Source: Oopsacas minuta
Taxonomy: Eukaryota; Animalia; Porifera
Assembly (NCBI GenBank): GCA_024704765.1
Contig: JAKMXF010000022.1
Coordinates: 186,001 to 250,000, forward strand
DNA length: 64,000 bases
Direction of reading: 5' to 3'
Translations under genes and position numbers: made by a program
Shown here: in pieces, positions 49,001-58,626 of the stretch
How the letters are laid out: each line of letters begins with the position of its first letter
Position numbering within the stretch: the stretch's first letter is position 1
Notes under the pieces: model-generated
Told to the model about the DNA's origin: nothing
What the model saw: only the letters and a program-made list of their open reading frames with translations
Databases searched by the model: none

Positions 49001-52000
49001 TTCAGATAACGACCAAGATGTCGATCTTACTTACTCAATAGTGTCAGTTGCCTCCGTCCCGGATACTGATACCACTGGGTTATTTTCAATTGACACTTCT
49101 GGTAACATAATTCTACTTCAGAGTTTAGACGCTGAATCTGTTCTAAACTACGAGTTAGAACTTCAAGTCAGCGATAGTGGAATTCCGTCACTGACCGCAC
49201 AAGCTCACAGAACTTTTATACTTTCTGATATTAATGACGTAACTCCCGTCTTCCAGCCTCCTCTGGATTGTAGCATTGGGTGTACATTCTGTGTTAACGA
49301 AGGAGACTCGTTCAGTAGTGTATTGACTGCTACTGATACTGATAAGACAAGTCCTAATAACGTCATTGCTGGTTATGAGGTTAATTCCAATCAGTTCAGT
49401 ATAAACTCTGTTGGGTTACTAACTAACATTAACCCTATTGACTACGAAATATCTCCAATGATATCTCTGATAGTAGGAGCATTCGATGGAGGGATTGATC
49501 CAGGACTGCTAACTGGCGAGATCAGCATTACTATCTGCGTAATTGATCTAGATGATGAAGCTCCTATTTCAACACAACGTACTCATGGTGTTTATATTAA
49601 AGGTTCTGATCCCGTATTTGTTGACCAGTTCTTGGATGTAGTAGATGTTGATAGCAGTGGTTTGGATCAAGTTTCCGTCTCTATCATAATTCCATCCAAT
49701 CCTTCATCTATCCAAGAGGACTGTACTGACACTTGTTTTGACAGGAGATTAGAACTATGTCAAACTTCTCTGGTTGCGATCGATCTATTAGTTCTTGTTG
49801 AAATTGTAAATAATCAATCCGGTGTTTTCTTAGAACCAGACCCGTTTTCAGGCCCCTGTCCTTATATTAGAATCATAGGTAGGGATAGTGAGGGCAAAAG
49901 AGATCACTCTCTAATGGGTCATGGGGTAATATTTGCTAGCCAGCTTCCTACACTTGTTGCTCAGCCAGTGACAATAATCGCAGAAATGTACAACTTTGTA
50001 GGTGAAGGATATCTCTTGTCAATTAATAATGGAGTGAGTCGTCACCTTTCAGTTTGGTTGCGGAAAAGTAGGATTTCAGTTTTTTATACAGACAATGTGA
50101 ATCTATTCGAATGGAAATTGAACACCATTACCCCTGATCTTGTTACTTATACTTTCTTCTCCCTGGTCATTACAATTGATCCAAGTCTTGGAACATCCTC
50201 AAGTGCGGTCCATGTGTACCGAGATGGTAGTGAACTCCCAGGCGGTCTCGCCACATCAAGCTCTTTCAGTGCATTAGAGAATCAAGATATGTCGATTGGG
50301 CAGAGATTCCCAAGTGATAGAACTAGTAATAGAATAACGTCGGGTATTCGTAACTTATTCATTATTCCCTCTCTTCTTCCAGAAACATCTAGAAATTGTT
50401 TCCTACCCTGTCATGAGTTTGTAGATATCCGTACTGAACTGCTCCCAAGCACTGTAGACTTGTCACATACTGTTAACGCTATTGCTTTATCTAACCGAGG
50501 TACATTCAATGACTTCCTTACTGCACTCAGGGCTCTTCAGTTTGTAAGTTTCTTTAACGATCCTGTAACAACAGGTGCTGTATTAGGTTCCGTATCTGAC
50601 ATACGATCTTTAAGGATATTTATAGATGATCCATCTGGTAATAGAAATACAGGAGTCTTACAGGCGTATGTAGCTAACACACTGCTACCGCTAACAATTG
50701 ATCTTGACGACAGTATTTCTGGAAATAATGCTTTCGCTACTTTTACCGAGGATGCGTCAGCTGTTGCTATTTTCCAAGATTTAGGACTCCTGTTTAAAGA
50801 AGGAGAGTTTGCCAGACCGCCTGTACTACAGCTAAAAATTGCAATACTCAACCCATCGGATGGAACAGATGAGTATTTATCTGCTCAGAACTACTCCAAT
50901 ATAATAGCACATGTTGATATTCATGAAATAGTGTTTGTAGGACCAGGTGCTCCTATACACTTTAAGAATGCATTACAAACAGTGACATACTTCAATGAGA
51001 AAGACCTTCCTGACACTACAACGAGAAATATCCAAGTTATGTTCACAAGTGTAGACAATCGTGTAAGTGCTCCCTCTACACTTTTCCTATCTCTTTCTGA
51101 GTCCAATGATTGTCCAAACATATATCTCAACAATGCTCTTGACTCTTCTATAGACCTAGATTTCATCGAAGGTTCTTTCCCTCTGTCTCTCTTCCCTAAT
51201 CTTAATATACAAGATACTGATGGAGAATACATACTACAAGCCTCACTAGAGATAGTTTATTCTACCTACATACAAGGAGAAGATTTTATAACATTTGATA
51301 CAACCCTTGCTCCTCTGGTTAATGCAGTACTATCAGCTGATCAGCGCGTGCTTATAGCAACCCTCAACACTACTATCTTAAATTACCAAACATTCTTCAG
51401 ATCTGTTAGTTTCCAGAGTACTTCTAATCCTCTTCTTAACTCTAATGGAGAAGTAGTTACCAATACTGATAAGAGTTTAATTCTGCTACTAACAGACAGC
51501 TCAGGATCTAATCTGAACTGTCCTAATGGACTAGTTAACCTGTCATTTATACCAATTGATGCCTCACCCACAATTCTACTCCCAAATATCTTAGTTAACT
51601 TTACAGAAGAGAGCAATGCTACAGTACCAATCCTATGGGACCTTACTCTGTCTGATTCAGATTCACTAGCTCTAGGTGAGTAATTGCAATGTACGAATAA
51701 GCTTAATAAGTCAAACAATATCATTTCTGAAACCGAATTCATATCCAGCCCAATTGTGCTAGACTACAATTAGCTGAGTCGTCTATGTTTTGTAAATACT
51801 AAATGTAATTCTTTCATTATTATCATTTTTACATTATTACGTATATGCTCATACTTCTAGGTGATAACAGATTGGTAGTACGTCTGAATAATATAGGAGA
51901 TCCTGGTAATGAGAATTTAGCCATTACAATTGATGGGATCACTGCTAGAGCAACATACTTTGAGTTTACCGGTGACATAATGCTATCAGATGCTCAGACC

Positions 52001-55000
52001 AGCTTAAGAACTGCCACTTATATAAATACTGCTGAAGAACCCAACATATTGAACAGGACTATTGAAGTTAGTTTATACTCAGGGAATGGGAGTTTGTTAC
52101 TTACTGAATACAGGGAAATCTGGATTAAGTATGTCAATGATCATGCTCCTGATGGGAGAAATGAGTACTTATTCACTATCTTAGAAGAATTAGAAATTGG
52201 TACAATAGCACAACAGATAATCCCACAAGATGACGACAAGGACATTAGTCCTAGCTTTACATTTAGCTTCATTGGAAGTGTTTCTATTCCTTTTACATTG
52301 AACTCATTAACAGGGGAGTTGACTGTGTCTTCTCGGATAAGTTTTGAAGTTATGGCTAGCTACCAGTTTGATGTGAGTTAATTATAAAAACATTTCTTGT
52401 GTTTATTAGTTAAAATATCTTTTGTATTTAGGTTATGATTAATGATGGTGGTATAAACGGAGAGAATGAACTAACAGCTGTAGTAAAAGTAGTCATAACG
52501 TTAGAGAACATTCAGGAGAAACCTGAAATAGATCTGAGTCCATCTGATGATACATCAATTGACCAGACAAGTCCTACTTTCTTTATCGTTAATCAAATTA
52601 GTGTTGTGCTATTCCGTGAGAGTGTTACTATAACTGATGAAGATTTCGGGGATACAATTGAGCAAGTTAGAATTAAGTTCCTGAACAGACCTAATGGAGT
52701 ACAAGAAGGACTTCGTGTTGGAGTATCATCGTTGTTATCCACTAGTAATGTGTTCACGATATCTCTATCTGGTATTGTGGATATTTCTGGAGAATTAGCT
52801 AAGATTCAATATTTCAACTCATTGGATTCTCCAGACACACAGACCAGATCTCTTGAAATATCTGCAGTTGATTCTACAGGACAAGTTAGTCAGAATGCAA
52901 ATCTTCAGATTGAACTTCTCACTATTCCAACATTTGGTCTTGAAGAATATAACTTGTATGTTTACGAGAATTCTCTCTTGCCAGATGCTATTCAAATAGA
53001 GGCAGTAGTTGGAGACGGTACCTTTACAGCGTTCCAGTATGCCCTGTCAGGACCAGGATCTGATCGCTTGGAGATATCAGGCGATGGTTGGATATCTGTA
53101 GTTATGGAGCTGGATAGAGAGGGAGAGTACGGACAAACCTTAACGATATCTGTATTGGTAGGTATTAATGAATTTTCACCTCTTATAAATTGCATTATTA
53201 CTTATTTACTATAGGCCACAGATCCTCGTAGTCAGCCCAGGACAGGCAATACAACTATTATTGTAATAATATTAGATACTAACGACAATCCTCCAACTAT
53301 TTCAGGGATAAATGGAACATTTAATCTTTATAGAGATGTAGAGTTAAAGCCCTTCCCAACCAGTAAGTTTGTACAAGTAAAGTTGGAAATATTTCTAAAA
53401 TAACATGTTATATTCCTGTAGCTACTAGCATTACAGATTTGGATACCTCTAATTTAACCAGGATATCAGTTCGTGTGATCGGCATTTACCCTTTACAACA
53501 GAACCCATTCACCTATCTTACTTGTGAAGATGATTTGATAGCAGTCACAAAACATCGGTTTGTTTACTCTGTTACTATTTGCAGTTTATTCCACTTCTAT
53601 TTATACTCTCTCTTCCAGTTCCTGCGGACTCTCTACTATTCCAGATGATCTCACGATTACTGCAATTATATCAAGTGACTCAAACTCAACCAATTTGGCT
53701 GGCAATGAAGTATTACAGATCCGAGAGACTTCTCATGTTTATCTTAATCGTACTTCTGTATTGAACGGTCCTTACACCCACATGACCATTGACTTCTGGC
53801 TCCGCTGGCTTGGCAGTGAAAGTGGTTATATTTTCGCTCTCACAGATAGCCCTGGTTATAAAAGGTGATACATTTGTATTCTCAGTTAATTACAGAAACT
53901 ATTTACAATGTATATACTATTTAGGTATCTTGCTGTCTACTACGATGTAGAAAGGGAACAACTAAGTGTATACTTCAGTGAAGACGGTATTGAACCGGAT
54001 GAAGCTAGAATCAGAGTGCTATGTCCTGTTGTTATTACAGATCAGCGCTGGCATCATATCGCTATTGTAGTAGCATTCCCTAATGTGCGTATTTATGTAG
54101 ATGGAAATGAACTCACGTGTATTATCTATCTGGGGCCAGCTGGAGATATCGAGCATACGTTAGAGAATTCTATAGCAGGTGAGCTACTAATTATTTGTTA
54201 GTTATTCTGGCTAGTTACCAACTCCTCTATTCTGACGTGAAGAGAGGAGATGACACTGAGCCTATACTATCCACTCTAGCAAGCTGCTGTTCTTGTAAAT
54301 AGCATGTCGTTCACCCGTGGGAATATTCATATTATAGATGTTTAATATCATATTATTTCTCAGGTCACCCTATTTCTGGTCCGGAATCTGATGATACTCA
54401 GGTTGCATTCACATTGGGAGCAAGACTACAAAACACTCACTGGACACAGAGAGGAGAGTTTGACATTTCAACCTTCACTGCTGTCCACTACGCTCTCAAT
54501 GCTGATTTCCTGAGTTGTCTATTGAATTGCATGGAGACCTTCGACCTTGGACTAGACTCCACTGGATTAACACAGGTGTGATATAATTAACACCCATGAT
54601 AGAATCATAATTGTGTATTATCCATGGTACAAGTATGTTAGTATAGGTAATTGTTACGCTTCAAAACTGCTTTAAGTTGAAATTTTCAATGTAAATTCAA
54701 AATGATACAGATTTACAGATCAGAAAACCTAAACACACATTGATTAACCATTTAAATTTTAGAGTTTCAACCCGACATCAAGAGAGTACGTGATAGAAGG
54801 AGATTTATCACCAGTTTACGCTACAGAGATAGTTCAAGCAATTTTATATAATAACAAAGCTGATGAACCAAATGTACAATCTCTACGTCTTACAGTATAT
54901 GACGGTGTAGACATCACAAATGGAGACTTACTTGTGTATGTAGGGGTTCTTACTCGAAGAAGACGTGAACTTGATCATATCTTAGAGCCAATTGAGATTA

Positions 55001-55095
55001 ACTATGATTCGTTTGGAAGTGGTGCTGACCCTCTCATGCCACTACACTTAATATTTCTACTCACTGCCTTCTTCATTTTGTTTCTATTATATTAG
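19087..55095 (+). CDS. Giant cadherin/calsyntenin-like extracellular mosaic protein, ~50 exons, roughly 9,000 aa (hand estimate)
   Basis: Signal peptide MYVTMFLIILFCSPLVQS; many DxNDNxPxF, DxD and LDRE/LDYE cadherin repeats; NDxPxLDL-type repeats; four LamG-like domains; hydrophobic C-terminus then TAG. GT-AG junctions traced by hand are phase-compatible except 1-nt breaks at ~28458 and ~29490. Confidence 0.85.
21237..22953 (+). other. Calsyntenin-type module 1 (LNS inserted in Ig-like repeat)
   Basis: EFCLPSSSNKIELL, NFTFTTWIY, TWHFISVTMLYPNIDVSIN, CLASCG, LTLSG...YHDIVKSLTYSN. Confidence 0.7.
21668..21727. repeat. 15-nt tandem repeat (CAGTATGGTATTCCT) x4, intronic
   Basis: Four perfect copies inside intron 21636-21985. 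Confidence 0.95.
24476..24655. mobile_element. Degenerate pogo/Tigger-like MITE remnant in an intron of the giant gene
   Basis: TACACTAAACTCCCATTATCTCGAA at the left, weakly complementary CTCGTTATAACGGAAGATTTGA at the right, internal TTCGATATA repeats. Confidence 0.3.
37088..40417 (-). CDS. GOLGA3: Golgin-160 (GOLGA3)-like coiled-coil protein, single exon, 1109 aa, nested antisense in intron 36982-40771
   Basis: Ser-rich head then long coiled coil. QQWLQSQL...RIKLQQELA...HSLKERAQI and LQTCLISLKEDMGKLQSQM match recalled GOLGA3 segments. Confidence 0.72.
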   Translation of the reverse strand: MESVSEDRIPKIQINRESSEELFKTLLVSIYNESPPKRKNRNEEFYSQVCIPSPSLSSDNLRRSMSAVSTHSTNSDIVSALAHSNPIKQSRNYTPQSNIPLSASLNRLNCPIHLKPIRNSDTPDSNLIGYISNRSDDSHSPLSQSDIEISTPSRLTEFNDSTAPVKSTSMVWSEDDVYRKELNDRSRERDRLQNELKSKEERISSLRRQMEDCEERSSVDSEQLRQLKEKVRRLERDCEVGRKEKDGVEEGQQWLQSQLDQMMKERIKLQQELATSRGLVLSKGSELENTKADLTKASRECSHLRTHSLKERAQIVTTLERVEEEVLSKDSLLEELNSQLYQVSEERDNLINKMSELKQNFTEHETMKNELENQLRFQQEQLTETKHRLEESERKKQELKREISQMNMQVETNQNQLANIQKNHDGLHVQKTAAERLLMDKENMLGGLSQEKQLLEQQLQECRQQISYLNTQIGAIQGELAEKKRKITEMELEEEARVRAVQRAIQERDFAHVELQDVKQEFNDLLKEKESNEKKLQKELEAKEKKVKNVQYAMRDVGDKMKAMEDGLNEKSEREESMITELDTTKRENQQGKLRINQLQAELAHIQIELANSQEESRRAKEMRGEGVQFLQEERGKLMLQLNQAKMDYDRNLSTLKQEVRQGERDRESVMQQLIAEQQKTREKLYRSEEGLRRAQEQNVQLEQEVRDKSSRTGIEKARSFEKLEKRYEILQQQNDDLVRQFEERKKELDTVHSQLNNEHDQKNHLLREFDKVKRDYNKKGGELEQALSQRGYEFETMKGQLNATQQGYAQLSEHAQLLERALADKEGMLARLSAQAEMVLSQKQAEDNEMQEILTDLTSRAHQYEKERDAAYHEATLMKERVNRMQADLRASYNDQTSLLDRKDSQELKVANLEGKHRASEKNLKELESRYENSETEKTRLQAQVKQFDGQLSMRIEQANFLQDRLNMAQSQTAELEAHSQKLEEMLSSSEKRHQSEIQSLREMYSTLQETTQTKHDHVLQKVSTSLPSTGPSKNVAALQTCLISLKEDMGKLQSQMYQQVENVNTSFALSKKFENHFTKNIPGATPQPTYPQTSTPRLMKNQDYTDY
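45832..47170 (+). other. Calsyntenin-type module 2
   Basis: GGYCDH...AHTICGDA, FSFFVWF, GWHHFVIFMDG, VRCIRTCGEF, LTNVYYEN...PRVVAYQVSD. Confidence 0.7.
46095..46193. mobile_element. Small TIR element (Tigger-like MITE) in intron 46029-46297
   Basis: GAACACGCATATAACAAA (46100-46117) and TTCGTTATAAGCGTGTTC (46172-46189) are 16/18 complementary; CAGT start; internal TTATAACGAA/TTATAGCGAA subrepeats. Confidence 0.55.
49551..50677 (+). other. Calsyntenin-type module 3
   Basis: EDCTDT...LELCQTSLVAIDLL, RHLSVWLRK, VHVYRDG, MSIGQR, NCFLPCHEF, FLTALRALQF. Confidence 0.65.
53281..54950 (+). other. Calsyntenin-type module 4
   Basis: TCEDD...KHRSCG, MTIDFWLR, RWHHIAIVVAFPNVRIYVDG, FTLGAR, SCLLNCMETFDL, IVQAILYNN. 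Confidence 0.75.
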
Positions 55096-55473
55096 TAATT
55101 CTATCATTTATTTTACTATATTCAACTAACATTAGGAACCTACTGCTAGGTTATAACTTTTAGACTTTTATTCTTATCCATTTTCTATTTTTATTCTTAT
55201 GTCATATATTTATATTCCAAATCTAATAAACCTTTTCGAACTTTATTTGGGTTTTTACTGTACCTAAGTTGCATTCAAAGTGTATTATTAAGAGCTGCAA
55301 GCTAACAATCCACATATTCAAACTATTTGGATGGACGTCTGCTTTCACGAATAACAACTTCAAATCCAAAAGGAGAGTCAAACATCTGACATATTGAGTT
55401 ACTCTTGTAAAGAGAGTTGTGGAACTATGCTAGATTGTGGTCACTTACATGTGGTAGTTGCTACGATCAAATG

Positions 55474-55865
55474 CAGGGTTTGATTTAAATCATGATTTAA
55501 ATCAAAATATCTTATTAAAATTCAATATTTTGATGTTTGTATTATTTTATCAAGCTAATTATGTCCATTCTGATATTATTATGTATACCTATCGAAAGTC
55601 TATTCATTTTACAGTCAGGATCGCTTATTGTGAACCCCTTCATAATGACTTGGCTTAATACAAATCTTCCGTAAGCCGAAGAATTGGGACCTGAGGGGGT
55701 TGTTCATAATGAACAAATGTTCATATTAAGCCGGATGGCTCAGTCAGCTGTCGTACAAAATCCGATTTAAATACAACAATCCAACTAAAATCAAAAAATC
55801 TGATTTAAATAAAAAAATCCGATTTTTTGATTTTTTTTTTTTAATCATGATTTTTATCAACCCTG
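55474..55865. mobile_element. Non-autonomous hAT-superfamily element, 392 bp
   Basis: Termini CAGGGTTTGATTTAAATCATGATT and AATCATGATTTTTATCAACCCTG; perfect 8-bp TSD ATCAAATG at 55466-55473 and 55866-55873; subterminal GATTTAAAT repeats. Confidence 0.88.
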
Positions 55866-56280
55866 ATCAAATGCATAAACCTTGTTCACAGTTATGTAAC
55901 TAGCTTCTAGTATGTGGACATTTCTGTCAAGAATCTTGCCACAAGCCTTATGCTTGTCCTCCACGTAAAGAGCCTTGTAGGATACATTGTGTTCATGGAG
56001 ATTGTACCAGTGTGTGGTGATGCATGTATTTCATGTTACAAATCTTGCGAATCGTTGTGTCCAAATTTCAGATGTCTACAGACATATTCAGAATCTTGTA
56101 AAAGAGAACAAGTCTCAATTCTTAATAATAGATTTTATTAATAAATTTGAATTTATATAGTATATATTGAATCACACAATAGTAACAGACACATAAGATA
56201 CTAGTATTATAAGTAAGTATTATACATCCCTATTGGAATAACACTATATTGGATATAAGGGTAAATAGAATATTCTAGAA

Positions 56281-57252
56281 TTATTTCTTTAGCTCATCCA
56301 TACGCTTGAGTCTGCGTCTAAACTCCTGAGGGAGTCTGTCATAGCATTTGCGACATAATGGTCTGTTGTCGTAGAAAATGAACTTAGAGTTTCCTTTCAA
56401 AGCAAGCAACACATCACATGCAGTGCAGCGGAAGTGACCTACACACCAGGATTTGCATAGAACATTCACTACGTCCTTTATCACGTGGTTGTTGCAGTAG
56501 AAACATATCTCACCATACAGCTGATTGTAATGAGGCTCGCAGTAAGCTAATCCTTTCTTCTCGTAATGCTTCTGTCCTTCGAACGGCTTCTCACAGTAGG
56601 CACATACGAAATGCTCTGGGTGCCAAGTCTGTGCATTTGCATGAACAATCCTCCCTTCGATTGGTCTACGACACGCTACACATATGGAAGCTTCCATCTT
56701 GTCATAACATCGAATACATACGAGCTCTCCACAATGCAATTTAGACATAGTCTCTAGCGGCTTCTTGCATTTGAAGCAATTGAAGTGATGCGGATGTACA
56801 ACCATATTCATGTGGAAGAGAGGTTCGTCTTCAATCGGTTTGAAGCAAATCTGACATAAATGTTTCCCAGACTGTTTCACTAATGTGTTACACGCTTTGC
56901 ATAGAGGCTGACCTTGAAACTTTACAAAGCCGACATCTGCAAGGGACTGATCGCACCACACGCAACGGAAACAATCAGGGTGCCAAGGGTGTCCAATGGC
57001 CCGAATAACCCTCCCAGATATGAACTTGTTGCATTTGTGACAAACTGGGGAGAATAACATCTGAAAATCATGTTCACAGTACTTGCGACCATCTGACTCA
57101 TAGAATAACCCGTCAGGAAATGGCTGAAAGCATTGGACACAAACAAAACACTTTTCATGCCACACCTCTCCCCCACTGTTTATCAACTTCTCTGATGCTT
57201 GGAACATCTCTTTGCAGAGACTGCATCTAGCAGTGTCGGTTATAATACTCAT
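56281..57252 (-). CDS. LIMS1: PINCH, five-LIM-domain focal adhesion adaptor, single exon, 323 aa
   Basis: Five LIM domains; WHEKCFVCVQCFQPFPDGLFYE...YCEHDFQMLF; C-terminal RLPQEFRRRLK. Confidence 0.93.
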   Translation of the reverse strand: MSIITDTARCSLCKEMFQASEKLINSGGEVWHEKCFVCVQCFQPFPDGLFYESDGRKYCEHDFQMLFSPVCHKCNKFISGRVIRAIGHPWHPDCFRCVWCDQSLADVGFVKFQGQPLCKACNTLVKQSGKHLCQICFKPIEDEPLFHMNMVVHPHHFNCFKCKKPLETMSKLHCGELVCIRCYDKMEASICVACRRPIEGRIVHANAQTWHPEHFVCAYCEKPFEGQKHYEKKGLAYCEPHYNQLYGEICFYCNNHVIKDVVNVLCKSWCVGHFRCTACDVLLALKGNSKFIFYDNRPLCRKCYDRLPQEFRRRLKRMDELKK

Positions 57253-57522
57253 CTATTCTAAAAATTATACATAATCAACCTTACCCACATTTCATATCAA
57301 AATTAAAGCTAGGATAAGTCAATTAGAGTATATAGTCTAGTCATACCCTGCCCAGACAAAGTATTCATGCATTATATAAAATTTCCATAACAATGCTAAA
57401 TATATAGTGCGTCTATTCTTGATGGTTAATGTAACTAATGGACTCAATGTCAATACGACCCGAGTTCAATTACTACAAATTATACTAGAAATAGCATTTA
57501 CTGACAACTACACAAATAGGCA

Positions 57523-58320
57523 ATGTCTAATAAGACAAGTGATCGTTCTGAGAAGTCAAAACGCCGTAATGGTGGAGATGAGAAGGAACCTGAGCCTGGA
57601 TCCAAGAGAATAAAGCTAACTTCTTCTGAGATAAAGCACATGAAGAGAGAGGATATAATTGGGAGGTGGCAGGAACAAGATTCCTACATTGACAACCAAG
57701 AAATGCAATCTGATCGTTTTAAAGGAAAGCTGAAACAACTGGAGAACAAGATACAAGAGGATCATCGCAGAGAAGAAGTACTAAACATGCGATTAAGTAC
57801 GAAGGAGCACGAGCTACAAGAGCTCATCAGTCAAGTTGATGAGTTGAAGAGAGCACAGACTTCTCGCATGCCTGGACAACTCAATAACTATCCAGTAGAC
57901 CCAGCTGTTAATATAATATTCCAGAAAATGAACCAAGAACTCAAAGAAACACAAGCTCGATACAAACAAGCTCAAGAGGATCTCTCTGCATGGAAATTTA
58001 CACCCAACAGTGCGACTGGTAAAAAATTAGTAGCCAAGTGTAAACAGCTGATTACAGAGAATGAGGAACTGGGAAAACAGCTGTCAGAGGGTCGAGTAGC
58101 TAGACTAGAAGCTCAGCTCGCTCTACAGAAAAACTACACTCAACAACTGAAGAAATCTAGAGAGGAATTGAACCAAGTTGTCCTACAGTTAGATGAAGAG
58201 TTAGAAGCCTTTCAAAGCACTGTATTAGCCTTAGAGAATAAAATTACAGACAGTACAAATACGGAACACCCTAAGCCTAAGAGTCAGAGCAAAAGTTCTA
58301 AATCTTCGAGTAAACAATAA
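57523..58320 (+). CDS. WTAP: WTAP/Fl(2)d, m6A writer complex subunit, single exon, 265 aa
   Basis: LNMRLSTKEHE, VDPAVN, DLSAWKFTPNSATGKKLVAKCKQLITENEELG, LQLDEELE. Confidence 0.93.
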   Translation: MSNKTSDRSEKSKRRNGGDEKEPEPGSKRIKLTSSEIKHMKREDIIGRWQEQDSYIDNQEMQSDRFKGKLKQLENKIQEDHRREEVLNMRLSTKEHELQELISQVDELKRAQTSRMPGQLNNYPVDPAVNIIFQKMNQELKETQARYKQAQEDLSAWKFTPNSATGKKLVAKCKQLITENEELGKQLSEGRVARLEAQLALQKNYTQQLKKSREELNQVVLQLDEELEAFQSTVLALENKITDSTNTEHPKPKSQSKSSKSSSKQ

Positions 58321-58626
58321 TTTCATAGAAATGTGCATGCTTGTTAATTTTATCCATCTTTACAAAATCATAGTTCTATATTCAGACATCCCATTTTTCT
58401 CACAATTAAACACTGTCCAAGTGGTTAGATTGTTCCTACGTTGTCTTTTTCCGAAACCTTATAAATATAAGGTGGTAACAAACGAATAAATTCTTGAATG
58501 TACTTATAAGCAGTAGATATAGGAAACAAGTAATTTTTCAATGTTATTTAGATTACAAGAAAACACATGAAATATTCAAACAAATAATGAATATATGTTG
58601 TCTAATTAATATGTATACAAGATCAA

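Noticed and set aside
55095-57252. Functional adhesion cluster of the giant cadherin-like gene and PINCH
   Set aside because: Adjacency alone in a gene-dense genome; the giant protein has no cytoplasmic tail to link to the ILK-PINCH-parvin complex.
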